Positions 40,043 through 49,844 of a stretch of 64,000 bases of DNA are shown here, one piece after another. The position numbers were made by a program, and so were the translations under genes. The stretch covers positions 224,001 through 288,000 of the forward strand of contig CAVSQW010000006.1 of assembly GCA_963730185.1 (NCBI GenBank), in the 5' to 3' direction. This stretch comes from an uncultured Gemmatimonadales bacterium. Lineage in GTDB: Bacteria; Gemmatimonadota; Gemmatimonadetes; Gemmatimonadales; GWC2-71-9. Below the pieces are notes generated by a model. The model had not been told where the DNA came from and ran no database searches. It saw only the letters and a program-made list of their open reading frames with translations. The number at the start of each line of letters is the position of its first letter. Positions within the stretch are counted from its first letter, which is position 1.

Positions 40043-40726
40043 ATGAGCCACCCAATGCTCCTTTGCGAAGGCCTGACCCAGACGTACCCGTCGGGCGGCC
40101 GCCAGCTCACGGTCCTGAACAATATCACGTTCTCGCTCGAGCGAGGCGGGTTCCTGGCCATCGTGGGACCGTCCGGCAGCGGCAAAACCACGCTGCTCGG
40201 TCTCCTCGCCGGACTGGACCGGCCCAGCGCCGGCCGCGTGGTGTTGGACGGTCATGATCTGGGCACCATGTCCGAGGACGACCGGGCCCGCCTCCGCTCC
40301 GAGCGAGTCGGATTCGTGTTCCAGTCGTTCCACCTGATCCCGACCCTCACGGCCCGAGAGAACGTCCAGGTGCCGCTCGAGCTCCGGGGTGAGCCGGCCG
40401 AGGCCCGGGCCCAGGAGCTGTTGGACCGGGTGGGCCTGGGCGACCGGTCGCACCACTACCCGGCCCAGCTCTCCGGCGGTGAGCAACAGCGGGTGGCGTT
40501 GGCGCGGGCGTTCTCCGCCCGGCCCCAGGTGCTGTTCGCCGACGAGCCGACCGGCAATCTCGATGCCCGGACCGGCACCGCGACCATCGACCTGATGACC
40601 GGCCTCAACCGCGAGGCCGGCACCACGCTGGTCCTGGTGACGCACGATCCCGAGCTGGCCGGGATGGCCCGGCGGACCATCCGCCTCTCGGACGGTCGGG
40701 TGATCGAGGACGAGAGCCGGGCGTGA
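40043..40726 (+). CDS. ybbA: ABC transporter ATP-binding protein (YbbA-like)
   Basis: GPSGSGKT, LSGGEQQR and ADEPTGNLD motifs. Divergent from tesA, as in the conserved tesA-ybbAP locus. Confidence 0.88.
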   Translation: MSHPMLLCEGLTQTYPSGGRQLTVLNNITFSLERGGFLAIVGPSGSGKTTLLGLLAGLDRPSAGRVVLDGHDLGTMSEDDRARLRSERVGFVFQSFHLIPTLTARENVQVPLELRGEPAEARAQELLDRVGLGDRSHHYPAQLSGGEQQRVALARAFSARPQVLFADEPTGNLDARTGTATIDLMTGLNREAGTTLVLVTHDPELAGMARRTIRLSDGRVIEDESRA

Positions 40727-43320
40727 AGCTGGGCTTCGTCTTCCGGCTTGCCTGGCGCGAGAGCCGGGCCGCCCGGCGCCGGCTCCTGCTGCTGGTCGGC
40801 TCGGTCGCCGCCGGGGTGGCCGCGCTCGTGGCCATCAACGGCTTCACCGAAAACCTTCAGGTGTCGGTGGCCGCTCAGGCGCGGGCCCTGCTGGGCGCCG
40901 ATCTCGAGATCAGCAGCCGGCAGCCCTTCCCCGCCGGGGTGGACTCGCTGATCGATTCCCTGGTCGCGTCCTCCGGACCCGAAGGCGCCCGGGGCCGGGT
41001 GGCCCGGGTCACGAGCTTCGCGGGCATGGCCTACGTCACCCGCACCGCCGGCGCCCGGCTGGTCCAGGTCCGCGCCGTCGAGCCGGGTTATCCGTTCTAT
41101 GGAACGATCGAGACCCGGCCGGCCGGCCGATGGGCCGTTCTCTCGAGCGGCAAGGTGCTGGTCGACCCGACCCTCCTCACCGCGCTCCAAGCCCGGATCG
41201 GCGACACCCTGGCGCTCGGCGACGCCCGGTTCGTGATCGACGCCGCGGTGGTCAACGTGCCCGGCGACGTCGGAGTGGAGTCGGCCTTCGGGCCCCGGAT
41301 TTACATCCCGGCCGCCGATCTCGGCGCCACCGACCTGGTCCGCTTCGGCTCCCGGGTCGACTATGACGCCTACCTCCACCTGGCCGACCCCTCCACCGCG
41401 CAGACCGTCGCCGAACAACACCGGCCGGCCCTTCGCGGCGAGCGGGTCCGGATCCGGACCGTCGACGACGACCGCGACAATCTGACCGATACCCTGACCC
41501 GGCTGGGCAACTACCTCGGTCTGGTGGCCTTGGTGGCGCTCCTCCTCGGCGGGCTCGGCGTGGCCAGCGCCACCCATCTCTTCATCCGCCAGAAGCTCGA
41601 CACCATCGCCGTGCTCCGCTGCCTGGGCGCCACCTCCGGCCAGGTCTTCCTCGCCTACCTGGTGCAGGCCATTACCATGGGCGCGATCGGGAGCCTGGTC
41701 GGCGCCGGCCTCGGGGTCGCGATCCAGCAGCTCCTGCCCGCCCTGGTCGCCGATCTGCTTCCGGTCGACGTGCGAATCGCCCTCGCGCCCCGGGCGCTGC
41801 TGATCGGGATCTCGCTCGGGATCTGGGTGGCGACCGTGTTCGCTCTCCTGCCGCTGCTCGGCGTCCGCCGGGTGTCGCCGCTGGTAACCCTCCGCCGGGC
41901 ATACGAACCCGAGTCCGCCCGCCGCGATCCGCTCACCTGGGCGGCCTTCGCGCTGCTCGCTCTCAGCGTCCTCGGCCTGGCGGTGGTGCAGGTCGGCCGG
42001 TTCCGGGACGGGGCCTTCTTCGCGGGCGGGGTCGGGGTCGTGGTGCTGGTGCTCTGGCTCGCCTCCCGCGGGCTGATCGGCGGGATCCGCCGCTGGTTTC
42101 CGCACCGATTGCCCTATCTCTATCGGCAGGGTCTGGCCAACCTCTACCGGCCGGCCAACCAAACCGGAACCGTGGTGCTGGCCCTCGGCTTCGGAGCCTT
42201 TCTGCTGGCGACCCTGTTCCTGGTGCAGCACAACCTCCTCCGCGAGTTCCGGCTGGGCGGCGAGAACGACTCCGGCGGCCGGCCCAATCTGATGTTCTTC
42301 GACATTCAGCCCGATCAGGCCCAGGGGGTGGAGGAGCTGCTCCGGCAGTCGGGACACCCGGGAAGCCCGCCCGTGCCGATCGTGCCGATGCGGATCGCCA
42401 GCCTCAAGGGTCAGCCGGTGCAGCCCTTCCGACCCGAGCCGGATTCCCTCGAGGAGGACGGTCCCCGGGGCGAGCGCGGGCGCCGCCAGCCCGGCGGCTG
42501 GGCGGTTCGCCGGGAGTACCGGTCCACCTATCGCGATTCGCTCACCAGCACCGAGCGGCTGGTCGCCGGCCAGTGGTGGGACCAGGCCCCGAAGGACAGC
42601 GGCGAGGCCCGGATCTCGGTCGAGGCGGACCTGGCCCGCGAGCTGGGCGTGGGGGTGGGCGATCAGATCACCTGGAATGTCCAGGGTGTGCTGATTCCCA
42701 CCAAGGTGACCAGCCTCCGCGAGGTGAACTGGGGGCGGTTCCAAACCAACTTCTTCGTGGTGTTCGAGCCCGGCGTGCTCGACCAGGCGCCGCAGATGAT
42801 GGTCACCCTCGCCCGGGTCGACAGCGCGGCCGCCCGGGGCGCCATCCAGCGGCGGGTGGCTGAGCGCTACCCCAACGTCTCGGCGATCGACCTGTCGCAG
42901 GTCCAGCAGGCGATCGAGGGCATCCTGGCCAAGGCGTCGCTCGCGGTCCGGTTCCTGGCCCTGTTCAGCCTGGCCGCCGGCGCCATCGTCCTCCTCGGCG
43001 CCGTGACCACCGCCCGACTCCAGCGTCTCCGCGAAGGGGTGCTGCTCAAGACCCTGGGCGCCACCCGGCGCCAGGTGCTCCAGATCATGGTGGCCGAGTA
43101 CACCGCGCTCGGGCTGCTGGCGGCCCTGGTCTCGATCGTCCTGTCGTCGGCCGCCGGCTGGGCCCTTGCCAAGTGGACTTTCGACTCGCCCTTCCAGCTG
43201 CCGCTCCCCCAGCTGGCCGGGTTGACCCTGCTGCTGGTCGCCATCACCCTGTTGGTAGGGCTCTGGAGCAGTGCCGAGGTGCTGAAGCGGCCGCCGCTCG
43301 AGGTCTTGCGAAACGAATGA
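40723..43320 (+). CDS. ybbP: ABC transporter permease (YbbP/FtsX-like)
   Basis: Two FtsX-type TM blocks, AVLRCLGA, LKTLGATRRQ and PNLMFFDIQ. Confidence 0.88.
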   Translation: MKLGFVFRLAWRESRAARRRLLLLVGSVAAGVAALVAINGFTENLQVSVAAQARALLGADLEISSRQPFPAGVDSLIDSLVASSGPEGARGRVARVTSFAGMAYVTRTAGARLVQVRAVEPGYPFYGTIETRPAGRWAVLSSGKVLVDPTLLTALQARIGDTLALGDARFVIDAAVVNVPGDVGVESAFGPRIYIPAADLGATDLVRFGSRVDYDAYLHLADPSTAQTVAEQHRPALRGERVRIRTVDDDRDNLTDTLTRLGNYLGLVALVALLLGGLGVASATHLFIRQKLDTIAVLRCLGATSGQVFLAYLVQAITMGAIGSLVGAGLGVAIQQLLPALVADLLPVDVRIALAPRALLIGISLGIWVATVFALLPLLGVRRVSPLVTLRRAYEPESARRDPLTWAAFALLALSVLGLAVVQVGRFRDGAFFAGGVGVVVLVLWLASRGLIGGIRRWFPHRLPYLYRQGLANLYRPANQTGTVVLALGFGAFLLATLFLVQHNLLREFRLGGENDSGGRPNLMFFDIQPDQAQGVEELLRQSGHPGSPPVPIVPMRIASLKGQPVQPFRPEPDSLEEDGPRGERGRRQPGGWAVRREYRSTYRDSLTSTERLVAGQWWDQAPKDSGEARISVEADLARELGVGVGDQITWNVQGVLIPTKVTSLREVNWGRFQTNFFVVFEPGVLDQAPQMMVTLARVDSAAARGAIQRRVAERYPNVSAIDLSQVQQAIEGILAKASLAVRFLALFSLAAGAIVLLGAVTTARLQRLREGVLLKTLGATRRQVLQIMVAEYTALGLLAALVSIVLSSAAGWALAKWTFDSPFQLPLPQLAGLTLLLVAITLLVGLWSSAEVLKRPPLEVLRNE

Positions 43321-43341
43321 GTGATTGACGAAAGGCCCCCC

Positions 43342-44259
43342 ATGCTGCCCATCGATCTGACCAACCAGCGGGCGCTGGTCGCCGGGGTCGCCGACGACGG
43401 CGGGTTCGGCTTCGCCATCGCGAAGGCCCTGGCCGAAGCCGGCGCCACCGTTTGCGTCGGCACCTGGCCCCCGGCGCTCGGGATCTTCGAGAAGCTGCTC
43501 GACCGGGGCAAGATGAGCGAGGCCATGGCCCTGGCCGACGGCTCCCAGCTGGCGTTCGAGCGGATTTACCCCCTCGACGCCGCCTACGACACCCTCGACG
43601 CCGCGCCCCAGGAGATTCGGGAGAACAAACGGTACCGGGAGCGGGGCGACTTCTCGATCCAGGGGCTGGCCGACCGACTCGAGGCCGACTTCGGGTCACC
43701 GGCCCTCGATATCGTGGTCCACAGCCTGGCCAACGGGCCCGAGGTCAAGCTGCCGTTGCTCGAGACCAGCCGGCACGGCTACCTCTCCGCCATCGGGGTC
43801 AGCGCCTACAGCAACGTGGCCCTGGTCCAGCGCCTGGCGCCGCTGATGCGGCCGGGCGGGAGCTTCCTCTCGTTGACCTACCTGGCCAGCGAGCGGGTGA
43901 TCCCGGGTTACGGGGGCGGCATGTCCACCGCCAAGGCGGCGCTCGAGTCCGACACCCGGGTGCTGGCCTACGAGGCCGGCCGCCGCTACGGCGTCCGGGT
44001 CAACACCATCTCGGCCGGTCCCTGGGCGTCGCGGGCCGCGAGCGCCATCGGGCTGATCGAGCGGATGGTCGAGTACTACCAGGCCAACGCGCCGCTGGCC
44101 CGGGAGTTCACGCCCGCCGACGTGGGCCGGACGGCGGCCTTTCTCGCGAGCCCCCTGGCGGCGGCCATCACCGGCAGCGTGGTGTACGTCGACAACGGCT
44201 ACCACGCCATGGGCATGGGCGTCGCCACCCCGGGCGAGCCGGCCGGCGACCGGGAATAG
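43342..44259 (+). CDS. fabI: Enoyl-ACP reductase (Chlamydia/plastid-like FabI)
   Basis: AGVADDGGFG, HSLANGPEV, YGGGMSTAKAALESD and SAGPWASRAA motifs. Confidence 0.9.
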   Translation: MLPIDLTNQRALVAGVADDGGFGFAIAKALAEAGATVCVGTWPPALGIFEKLLDRGKMSEAMALADGSQLAFERIYPLDAAYDTLDAAPQEIRENKRYRERGDFSIQGLADRLEADFGSPALDIVVHSLANGPEVKLPLLETSRHGYLSAIGVSAYSNVALVQRLAPLMRPGGSFLSLTYLASERVIPGYGGGMSTAKAALESDTRVLAYEAGRRYGVRVNTISAGPWASRAASAIGLIERMVEYYQANAPLAREFTPADVGRTAAFLASPLAAAITGSVVYVDNGYHAMGMGVATPGEPAGDRE

Positions 44260-44270
44260 GGGAGGTCCGG

Positions 44271-44660
44271 ATGTCACCTCGTCTCGCCGCCAGCGGCGCC
44301 ATCGCCGGGTTTCTGGCCGTCGCCCTCGGCGCCTTCGGTGCCCATGCGCTCCGGAACCGGCTGAGCCCCGGCGACCTCGCCATCTTCGAGACCGGCGTCC
44401 GGTACCAGATGTACCACGCCCTGGCCATCCTGCTGCTCGCCGCGATCGGCGCCCGCTGGGCCTCTCCCTGGCTCGACCGGGCCGGCTGGCTCTTCCTGGT
44501 GGGGATCGTGATCTTCTCCGGGAGCCTCTACACCCTGGTGCTGACCGGCACCCGGGCCTGGGGCGCCGTCACCCCCTTCGGCGGGGTCGCCTTCCTCGCC
44601 GGCTGGCTCGCCGCCGCCTGGGGAATCATCCAGCAGATTCCGAGCGGATCGGGCCGCTGA
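44271..44660 (+). CDS. DUF423 (YgdD/TMEM256-like) membrane protein
   Basis: GAFGAH, YQMYHALA, FSGSLY and TPFGG motifs. Confidence 0.9.
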   Translation: MSPRLAASGAIAGFLAVALGAFGAHALRNRLSPGDLAIFETGVRYQMYHALAILLLAAIGARWASPWLDRAGWLFLVGIVIFSGSLYTLVLTGTRAWGAVTPFGGVAFLAGWLAAAWGIIQQIPSGSGR

Positions 44661-44668
44661 GGTCGCCC

Positions 44669-45307
44669 GTGGGTCGCTACCTGCCGCTGCTGGAAGAGCT
44701 CGACCGCTGGCAGACGGAGGCCCGCGACCATCATCCGGGCGTGATCCCCTGTCGGGCGGGGTGCTCCCACTGTTGCTACGGACCGTTCGACGTGTCGGTC
44801 GCCGACGTCGCCGTCCTCCTGGAGGGCGCCGCGGCGCTGGCGCCGGAGGCCCGGGCCGCCGCCCGCGAGCGGGCCGGGCGCCAGGTGGCCCGGATGCGCG
44901 AGATGGAGCCCTCCTGGCAGGCACCGTTCGACGTCGCCACGCTGGGCGAGGAGCGGTTCGACGTTCTCACCGAGGCCCTGGCCCAAGAGCCTTGTCCGCT
45001 CCTCGGCCCGGCCGGCGAATGCCTGATCTATCACCACCGGCCGGCGGTCTGCCGGATGATCGGGCTCGGCCTCCGAACCGAAACCGGTGACGTGATTCCG
45101 AACACCTGTCCCGTGCAGGATCGGTTTCCGGGTTACGCCGATCTCCCCCCGGCCGAGTTCCCCTTGCTGGCCTGGGAGCAGGGCGAGACCCTGGCGAAAC
45201 GGGAGGCGGCGGTGAGATTGTTGGGGACGCCGGCGCGGGAGGGTTACGAAACCACGATCGCGGCGGCCCTGGTGACGTTCGACCTCGAGCGAGGATCCGA
45301 ACCATGA
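44669..45307 (+). CDS. YkgJ family cysteine-cluster protein
   Basis: CRAGCSHCC...CPLL...CLIYHHRPAVCR. Confidence 0.85.
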   Translation: MGRYLPLLEELDRWQTEARDHHPGVIPCRAGCSHCCYGPFDVSVADVAVLLEGAAALAPEARAAARERAGRQVARMREMEPSWQAPFDVATLGEERFDVLTEALAQEPCPLLGPAGECLIYHHRPAVCRMIGLGLRTETGDVIPNTCPVQDRFPGYADLPPAEFPLLAWEQGETLAKREAAVRLLGTPAREGYETTIAAALVTFDLERGSEP

Positions 45308-45783
45308 GCCTGCTCACCGAGCTCCTGAGAGGGCGCGGCGCCCACCCCGACCCCGTCGGCGCGGTGGCCGACTTGACGGCCCAGGAGGCGGGGCTGCGCG
45401 CCCCGGGCCTCCCCCACAGCATCTGGCAGATGGTCTCGCATCTCACCTTCTGGATGGATGCCGAGCTCCGGGCCATCGAGGGAACGAAGGGAGTCGCCGA
45501 GCGGCCGACCACCGACTGGCCGGCCGAAACAGCGCCGGCCGACGAGATCGCCTGGCGCCACGACCTGGCCCTCTTCCGACTCCAGCTCGATCAGCTCGCC
45601 ACCCTGGCCGACGCCCGCGCCTCCACCCTGGCTCGGATCGTCCATCGGGCCGGCGACGATCGAACCGACACCGTCGAGAGCGTGCTCTGGCAGCTGGTGG
45701 CGCACAACGCCTACCACACCGGGCAGATCGTCGATGTTCGCCGGGCCGTGGGGCTCTGGCCGCCCCGACCCGCCGACACCTAA
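45304..45783 (+). CDS. DinB family protein
   Basis: HSIWQMVSHL...HNAYHTGQI. Confidence 0.85.
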   Translation: MSLLTELLRGRGAHPDPVGAVADLTAQEAGLRAPGLPHSIWQMVSHLTFWMDAELRAIEGTKGVAERPTTDWPAETAPADEIAWRHDLALFRLQLDQLATLADARASTLARIVHRAGDDRTDTVESVLWQLVAHNAYHTGQIVDVRRAVGLWPPRPADT

Positions 45784-46760
45784 CCTGGCAGCGCCCGCCG
45801 GGCCAGATCGGGAAAATCGGTGAAGTAGCCGTCCACCCCGAGGTCCGCCAGCCGGCGATACTCGGCCAGCGGATCGCCGCCGTAGCCGGCCGGGAGGAAC
45901 TCGGGATCGGCCCGGAGGGTCCACACGTGGACGAAGAGGCCGGCCCGGTGGGCGTCGGTCACCAGGCCGGTCGGTGGGAGCAACTCCCCCTCCGGTCCCA
46001 GCGGCTGGACCAAACCCTTGTCGGGCCCGATCCCATCCGCCCAGGTCGCGACCTCCCGGAGGCCGGCCACCGTCATCAGGTCGGCGTAGGTCCGGGGGTC
46101 CCCGCTCAGGGAAAGGTCGGCCGGCCGCCCCCGGCTCTCGATCAGCTGGACCAACCGAAGCCCGGTCAGCCCCCGGGCATGGCGGAGGTTGCCCGTCTCG
46201 AACGACTGGATGAAGACCGGATCGTGGCGCTCCCGGTATCCCCACCGCTCCAGCACGGCAAGCAGGGTGTCGGTGATCGGCAGGCCGACCGCTTCGTGAT
46301 GGGAAGGATGCTTGGTCTCGGGATAGATCCCGATCCGCCGCCCCAGCGCGGTCTCCCGCTCCCGAACCAGGCTCAGAATCTCCTCGAAGGTCGGCACCTC
46401 GAAGCGGCCGTCGAGCTGGTGCGACCGGAACGGAAGCCGCTCCCGGGCCCGGAGCGTCTTGATCTCGGCCAGGGTGAAGTCTTCCACGAACCAGCCGGTG
46501 GTCGGCGTGCCGTCGATGGTCTTGGTCCGGCGGCGCTCCGGGAACCGGGTGGCGACGTCGGTGGTCTGGCCGATCTCGTTCTCGTGCCGGGCCACCAGAA
46601 CGCCGTCCCGGGTCATGACCAGGTCGGGCTCGATCACGTCGGCGCCCTGCTCGATGGCCAGCGCATACGACGCCAGGGTGTGCTCGGGCCGGTAGCCGGA
46701 GGCCCCCCGATGCCCGATGACGAGGGGAATCCTCACCGGGGTCACGGCGCCGGCTGGCAT
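45780..46760 (-). CDS. glpQ: Glycerophosphodiester phosphodiesterase
   Basis: GHRGASGYRPEHT, EPDLV, ETKHP, IQSFE and FTDFPD motifs. Confidence 0.9.
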   Translation of the reverse strand: MPAGAVTPVRIPLVIGHRGASGYRPEHTLASYALAIEQGADVIEPDLVMTRDGVLVARHENEIGQTTDVATRFPERRRTKTIDGTPTTGWFVEDFTLAEIKTLRARERLPFRSHQLDGRFEVPTFEEILSLVRERETALGRRIGIYPETKHPSHHEAVGLPITDTLLAVLERWGYRERHDPVFIQSFETGNLRHARGLTGLRLVQLIESRGRPADLSLSGDPRTYADLMTVAGLREVATWADGIGPDKGLVQPLGPEGELLPPTGLVTDAHRAGLFVHVWTLRADPEFLPAGYGGDPLAEYRRLADLGVDGYFTDFPDLARRALPG

Positions 46761-46857
46761 GATCGTGACGCTCCTCGAAAGGGGAGGATCCCTGAACGCG
46801 CGGCGCCCCGCCCGAACCGGAGGTCGAGCGGGGCAGCCGGGGAGCGAGGCACGGTCG

Positions 46858-47211
46858 TCAGAAGCTGGTCTTGATCCAGTATTCGTGCAGCGTGATCAGC
46901 GCCAGAATGATCGCCGTGGCGAGCAAGATCGGCCAGACGAACAGGTTGGTGAAGACCTTGGCGTCCTGCTTGAGGTGCATGTAGAACATGGCCACCAGGG
47001 CGAACTTCGCCGCCGAGAGGACGATCAGGATCGGCACCAGGAGCGGCTCGACCACCGAGTGGAGCGGCATCCCGGTCCGGTGGCTGGTCTCGTAGGAGAG
47101 GACCTCCATCGCGGTCAGCGCGAACAGGATCAGGGCGACCTTGAGGTAGAGCCACGGAGTCGGATGATGCTGGTCCGCGGCGTGCCCGTGAGCCATGGCG
47201 TTGGCTTCCAT
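46858..47211 (-). CDS. ctaF: Cytochrome c oxidase subunit IV
   Basis: KFALVAMFYMHLK motif; last gene of the cox operon. Confidence 0.85.
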   Translation of the reverse strand: MEANAMAHGHAADQHHPTPWLYLKVALILFALTAMEVLSYETSHRTGMPLHSVVEPLLVPILIVLSAAKFALVAMFYMHLKQDAKVFTNLFVWPILLATAIILALITLHEYWIKTSF

Positions 47212-47220
47212 GGATGTCTC

Positions 47221-47877
47221 CTATTTCATCAGGTAGACGACGGGGAAGATCACGATCCACACCACGTCGACGAAGTGCCAGTAGAGCGCCGCGAGCTCGA
47301 GATTGAGCGACTTCTCGGGCGGGAGCTTGCCCCGGAAGGCCAGCACCAGCATGGTCGTAAGCCAGATCACGCCCAGAGTCACGTGGCTGCCATGGAATCC
47401 GGTCAGCGTGAAGAAGGTCGAGCTGAACAGGTTGGTGCTGTAGCCCATTCCCTTGTGATAGAAATGGGTGAACTCGTACACCTGCATCCCGACGAAAAAG
47501 AGGCCGCAGGTCACGGTGAGGCCGAGCCAGAAAAGCAGCTTGCCCCGGTTCCCCTTCTGGGCGTGGTAGAGCGCCAGCACCACGAAGAACGAGCTGAAGA
47601 GCAAGACGGCGGTACCGATGGTCACCAGGGGGATTTCGAACACGCCCTCGCAGGTGGTCATCGCGCCGTGGAGCATGCATTGCGACTCCTCGTGGGGCAG
47701 CGGGCCGACCAGGCTTTTGCCCTTGTACACGAGGTAGGTCGAGATCAGCGACGCGAAGAAGAGGCACTCCGACCCGATGAAGGTCCAGATGGCCAGCTTC
47801 CGGCTGTCGAGCCCGGTCGCGGTGTAATGGTGTTCGTCGATCTCGTGTCCGGCGGATGCCGTGGCTGCGGTCGCCAA
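47221..47877 (-). CDS. ctaE: Cytochrome c oxidase subunit III (TTG start)
   Basis: SECLFF, TGFHGSHV and YWHFVDVVW motifs. Confidence 0.92.
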   Translation of the reverse strand: MATAATASAGHEIDEHHYTATGLDSRKLAIWTFIGSECLFFASLISTYLVYKGKSLVGPLPHEESQCMLHGAMTTCEGVFEIPLVTIGTAVLLFSSFFVVLALYHAQKGNRGKLLFWLGLTVTCGLFFVGMQVYEFTHFYHKGMGYSTNLFSSTFFTLTGFHGSHVTLGVIWLTTMLVLAFRGKLPPEKSLNLELAALYWHFVDVVWIVIFPVVYLMK

Positions 47878-47957
47878 GTCACTCTCTCCTATCGTCGCGG
47901 GAGGAAAGGTCCTCCCTGATCAGTTCGTCCGTCGGTTCGCCCGTCCAGCCGCCCGCT

Positions 47958-49826
47958 TCAACCGGTCGGCTCGAAGGCCCACTTGAACACGCTGAAGAAG
48001 AGCCAGAGCGCGCCAAAAATGGTGATCGCGAACCAGAAGGGCAGCTGCCGGATCATCAGCAGGCTTCCCAGGGTCAGGAACACGCCGATGGCCGACATGA
48101 TCGGCCAGTACGACGGGTTGGGCAGGTGAATCCCGGCGCCGCTCACCTTGGCCGGTTCGGGCAGCTTGTGCCCCGCCGCCCGGGTGGCGTCCCAAAGCGG
48201 GACCGAGCTCCCGACCTGGGGCAGGGTCGGGAAGTTGAACTCCTGCGGCGGCGACGGGATCGACCACTCAAGGGTGGCGCCGTCCCAGGGGTCGGCCGGG
48301 GCGTTGGCCGGGCCAAGCCAGGTCTTGACGATGTTGACCAGGAAGATCAGGAAGGAGAGCGCCAGGATGAAGGCGCCCACCGTCTCGAAGGCGTTCCAGA
48401 ACTCGAATCCCAACCCGGCCGGATAGGTGTAGACCCGGCGGGGCATGCCGTTCAGGCCGAGGATGTGCATCGGGAAGAAGGTCATGTTCATGCCGATGAA
48501 CATGAGCCAGAAATGCGCCTTGCCGAGCGTCTCGTCGAGCAGCCGGCCGAACATCTTCGGCCACCAGTAGTATGCGCCCGCGGTCAGGCCGAAGATCGAG
48601 CCGCCGAAAAGCACGTAGTGGAAGTGGGCGACGATGAAGTAGCTGTCGGTCTGCTGAAGGTCGGCCGGGGGCGCCGAGTGCATCACTCCCGAGAGCCCGC
48701 CGATGATGAAGAGCCCCACCATGCCAAGCGCGAAGCACATGGCCGAGCTGAAGCGGAGTTGGCCGCCCCAGATGGTGCCGATCCAGTTGAAGATCTTCAC
48801 CCCGGTGGGGATCGCGATCACCATCGTGGCCAGCGAGAAGAAGGTGTCCGCGAAGGGTCCCATCCCGGTCGCGAACATGTGGTGGCTCCAGACCCCGAAG
48901 CCCACGAAGGCGATGAAAGCACCCGAGAACACCATCGCGGTGTAGCCGAAGAGCGGCTTCCGCGAGAAGACCGGGAGCACCTCCGACGTGATCCCGAACG
49001 CCGGCAGGATCAGGATGTAGACCTCCGGATGCCCGAAGATCCAGAACAGGTGCTGCCAGAGGATCGGGTCACCGCCGCCGTCCGGCATGAAGAAGCTGGT
49101 CCCGAAGTTCCGATCCATCATCAGCAGCACCAGGGCCACGGTGATGACCGGGAAGGCCAGCAGCAGGAGGATCTGAACGATGAAGCTCATCCAGGTGAAC
49201 ATCGGCATCCGGAGCATCCGCATGCCGGGAGCCCGGAGGTTCACCACGGTCACGAAGAAGTTCACCGCGGCCGCGATCGAGGCGATCCCGAGGATCTGGA
49301 GGCCGATCACCCAGAAATCGATGTTGAGCCCGGGAGCCGGGGCCGCCGCGGTCGCGGCGATCACCCGCGACGAGGTCAGGTTGGCGTAGCCGAACCAGCC
49401 GCCGTCCGGCGGAGCGCCCACGATGAAGCTGGCGTTGAGGAAGAGGCCGCCCAGCAGGAAGACCCAGTAGCTGAAGGCGTTGAGCCGCGGGAAGGCGACG
49501 TCACGGGCGCCGATCTGGAGTGGAATGAAGTAGTTGAAGAACATCGCGCTCAACGGCATCACGCCCAGGAAGATCATCGTCGTCCCGTGCATGGTGAAGA
49601 GCGCGTTGTACATCTCCGGGCTCACCGCCGTGTTGTCCGGCCGGGCCAGCTGCCACCGGATGATCAACGCCTCGATGCCGCCCATCAAGAAAAAGAGAAA
49701 CGCGGTGGCGCCGTAGAGAATCCCGATCCGCTTGTGGTCGACCGTGGTGATCCAGCTCCACAAGCCGGTCTTGGGGTGCGCGTGCGGAATCGCGGGCGCG
49801 TCGCGGTCGATTACCGAGGTGGCCAT
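47958..49826 (-). CDS. ctaD: Cytochrome c oxidase subunit I (A1 type)
   Basis: DHKRIG, HGTTM, GHPEVY, WSHH and HFHY motifs. Confidence 0.97.
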   Translation of the reverse strand: MATSVIDRDAPAIPHAHPKTGLWSWITTVDHKRIGILYGATAFLFFLMGGIEALIIRWQLARPDNTAVSPEMYNALFTMHGTTMIFLGVMPLSAMFFNYFIPLQIGARDVAFPRLNAFSYWVFLLGGLFLNASFIVGAPPDGGWFGYANLTSSRVIAATAAAPAPGLNIDFWVIGLQILGIASIAAAVNFFVTVVNLRAPGMRMLRMPMFTWMSFIVQILLLLAFPVITVALVLLMMDRNFGTSFFMPDGGGDPILWQHLFWIFGHPEVYILILPAFGITSEVLPVFSRKPLFGYTAMVFSGAFIAFVGFGVWSHHMFATGMGPFADTFFSLATMVIAIPTGVKIFNWIGTIWGGQLRFSSAMCFALGMVGLFIIGGLSGVMHSAPPADLQQTDSYFIVAHFHYVLFGGSIFGLTAGAYYWWPKMFGRLLDETLGKAHFWLMFIGMNMTFFPMHILGLNGMPRRVYTYPAGLGFEFWNAFETVGAFILALSFLIFLVNIVKTWLGPANAPADPWDGATLEWSIPSPPQEFNFPTLPQVGSSVPLWDATRAAGHKLPEPAKVSGAGIHLPNPSYWPIMSAIGVFLTLGSLLMIRQLPFWFAITIFGALWLFFSVFKWAFEPTG

Positions 49827-49844
49827 GGGTTCCTCTGCCTCGTC

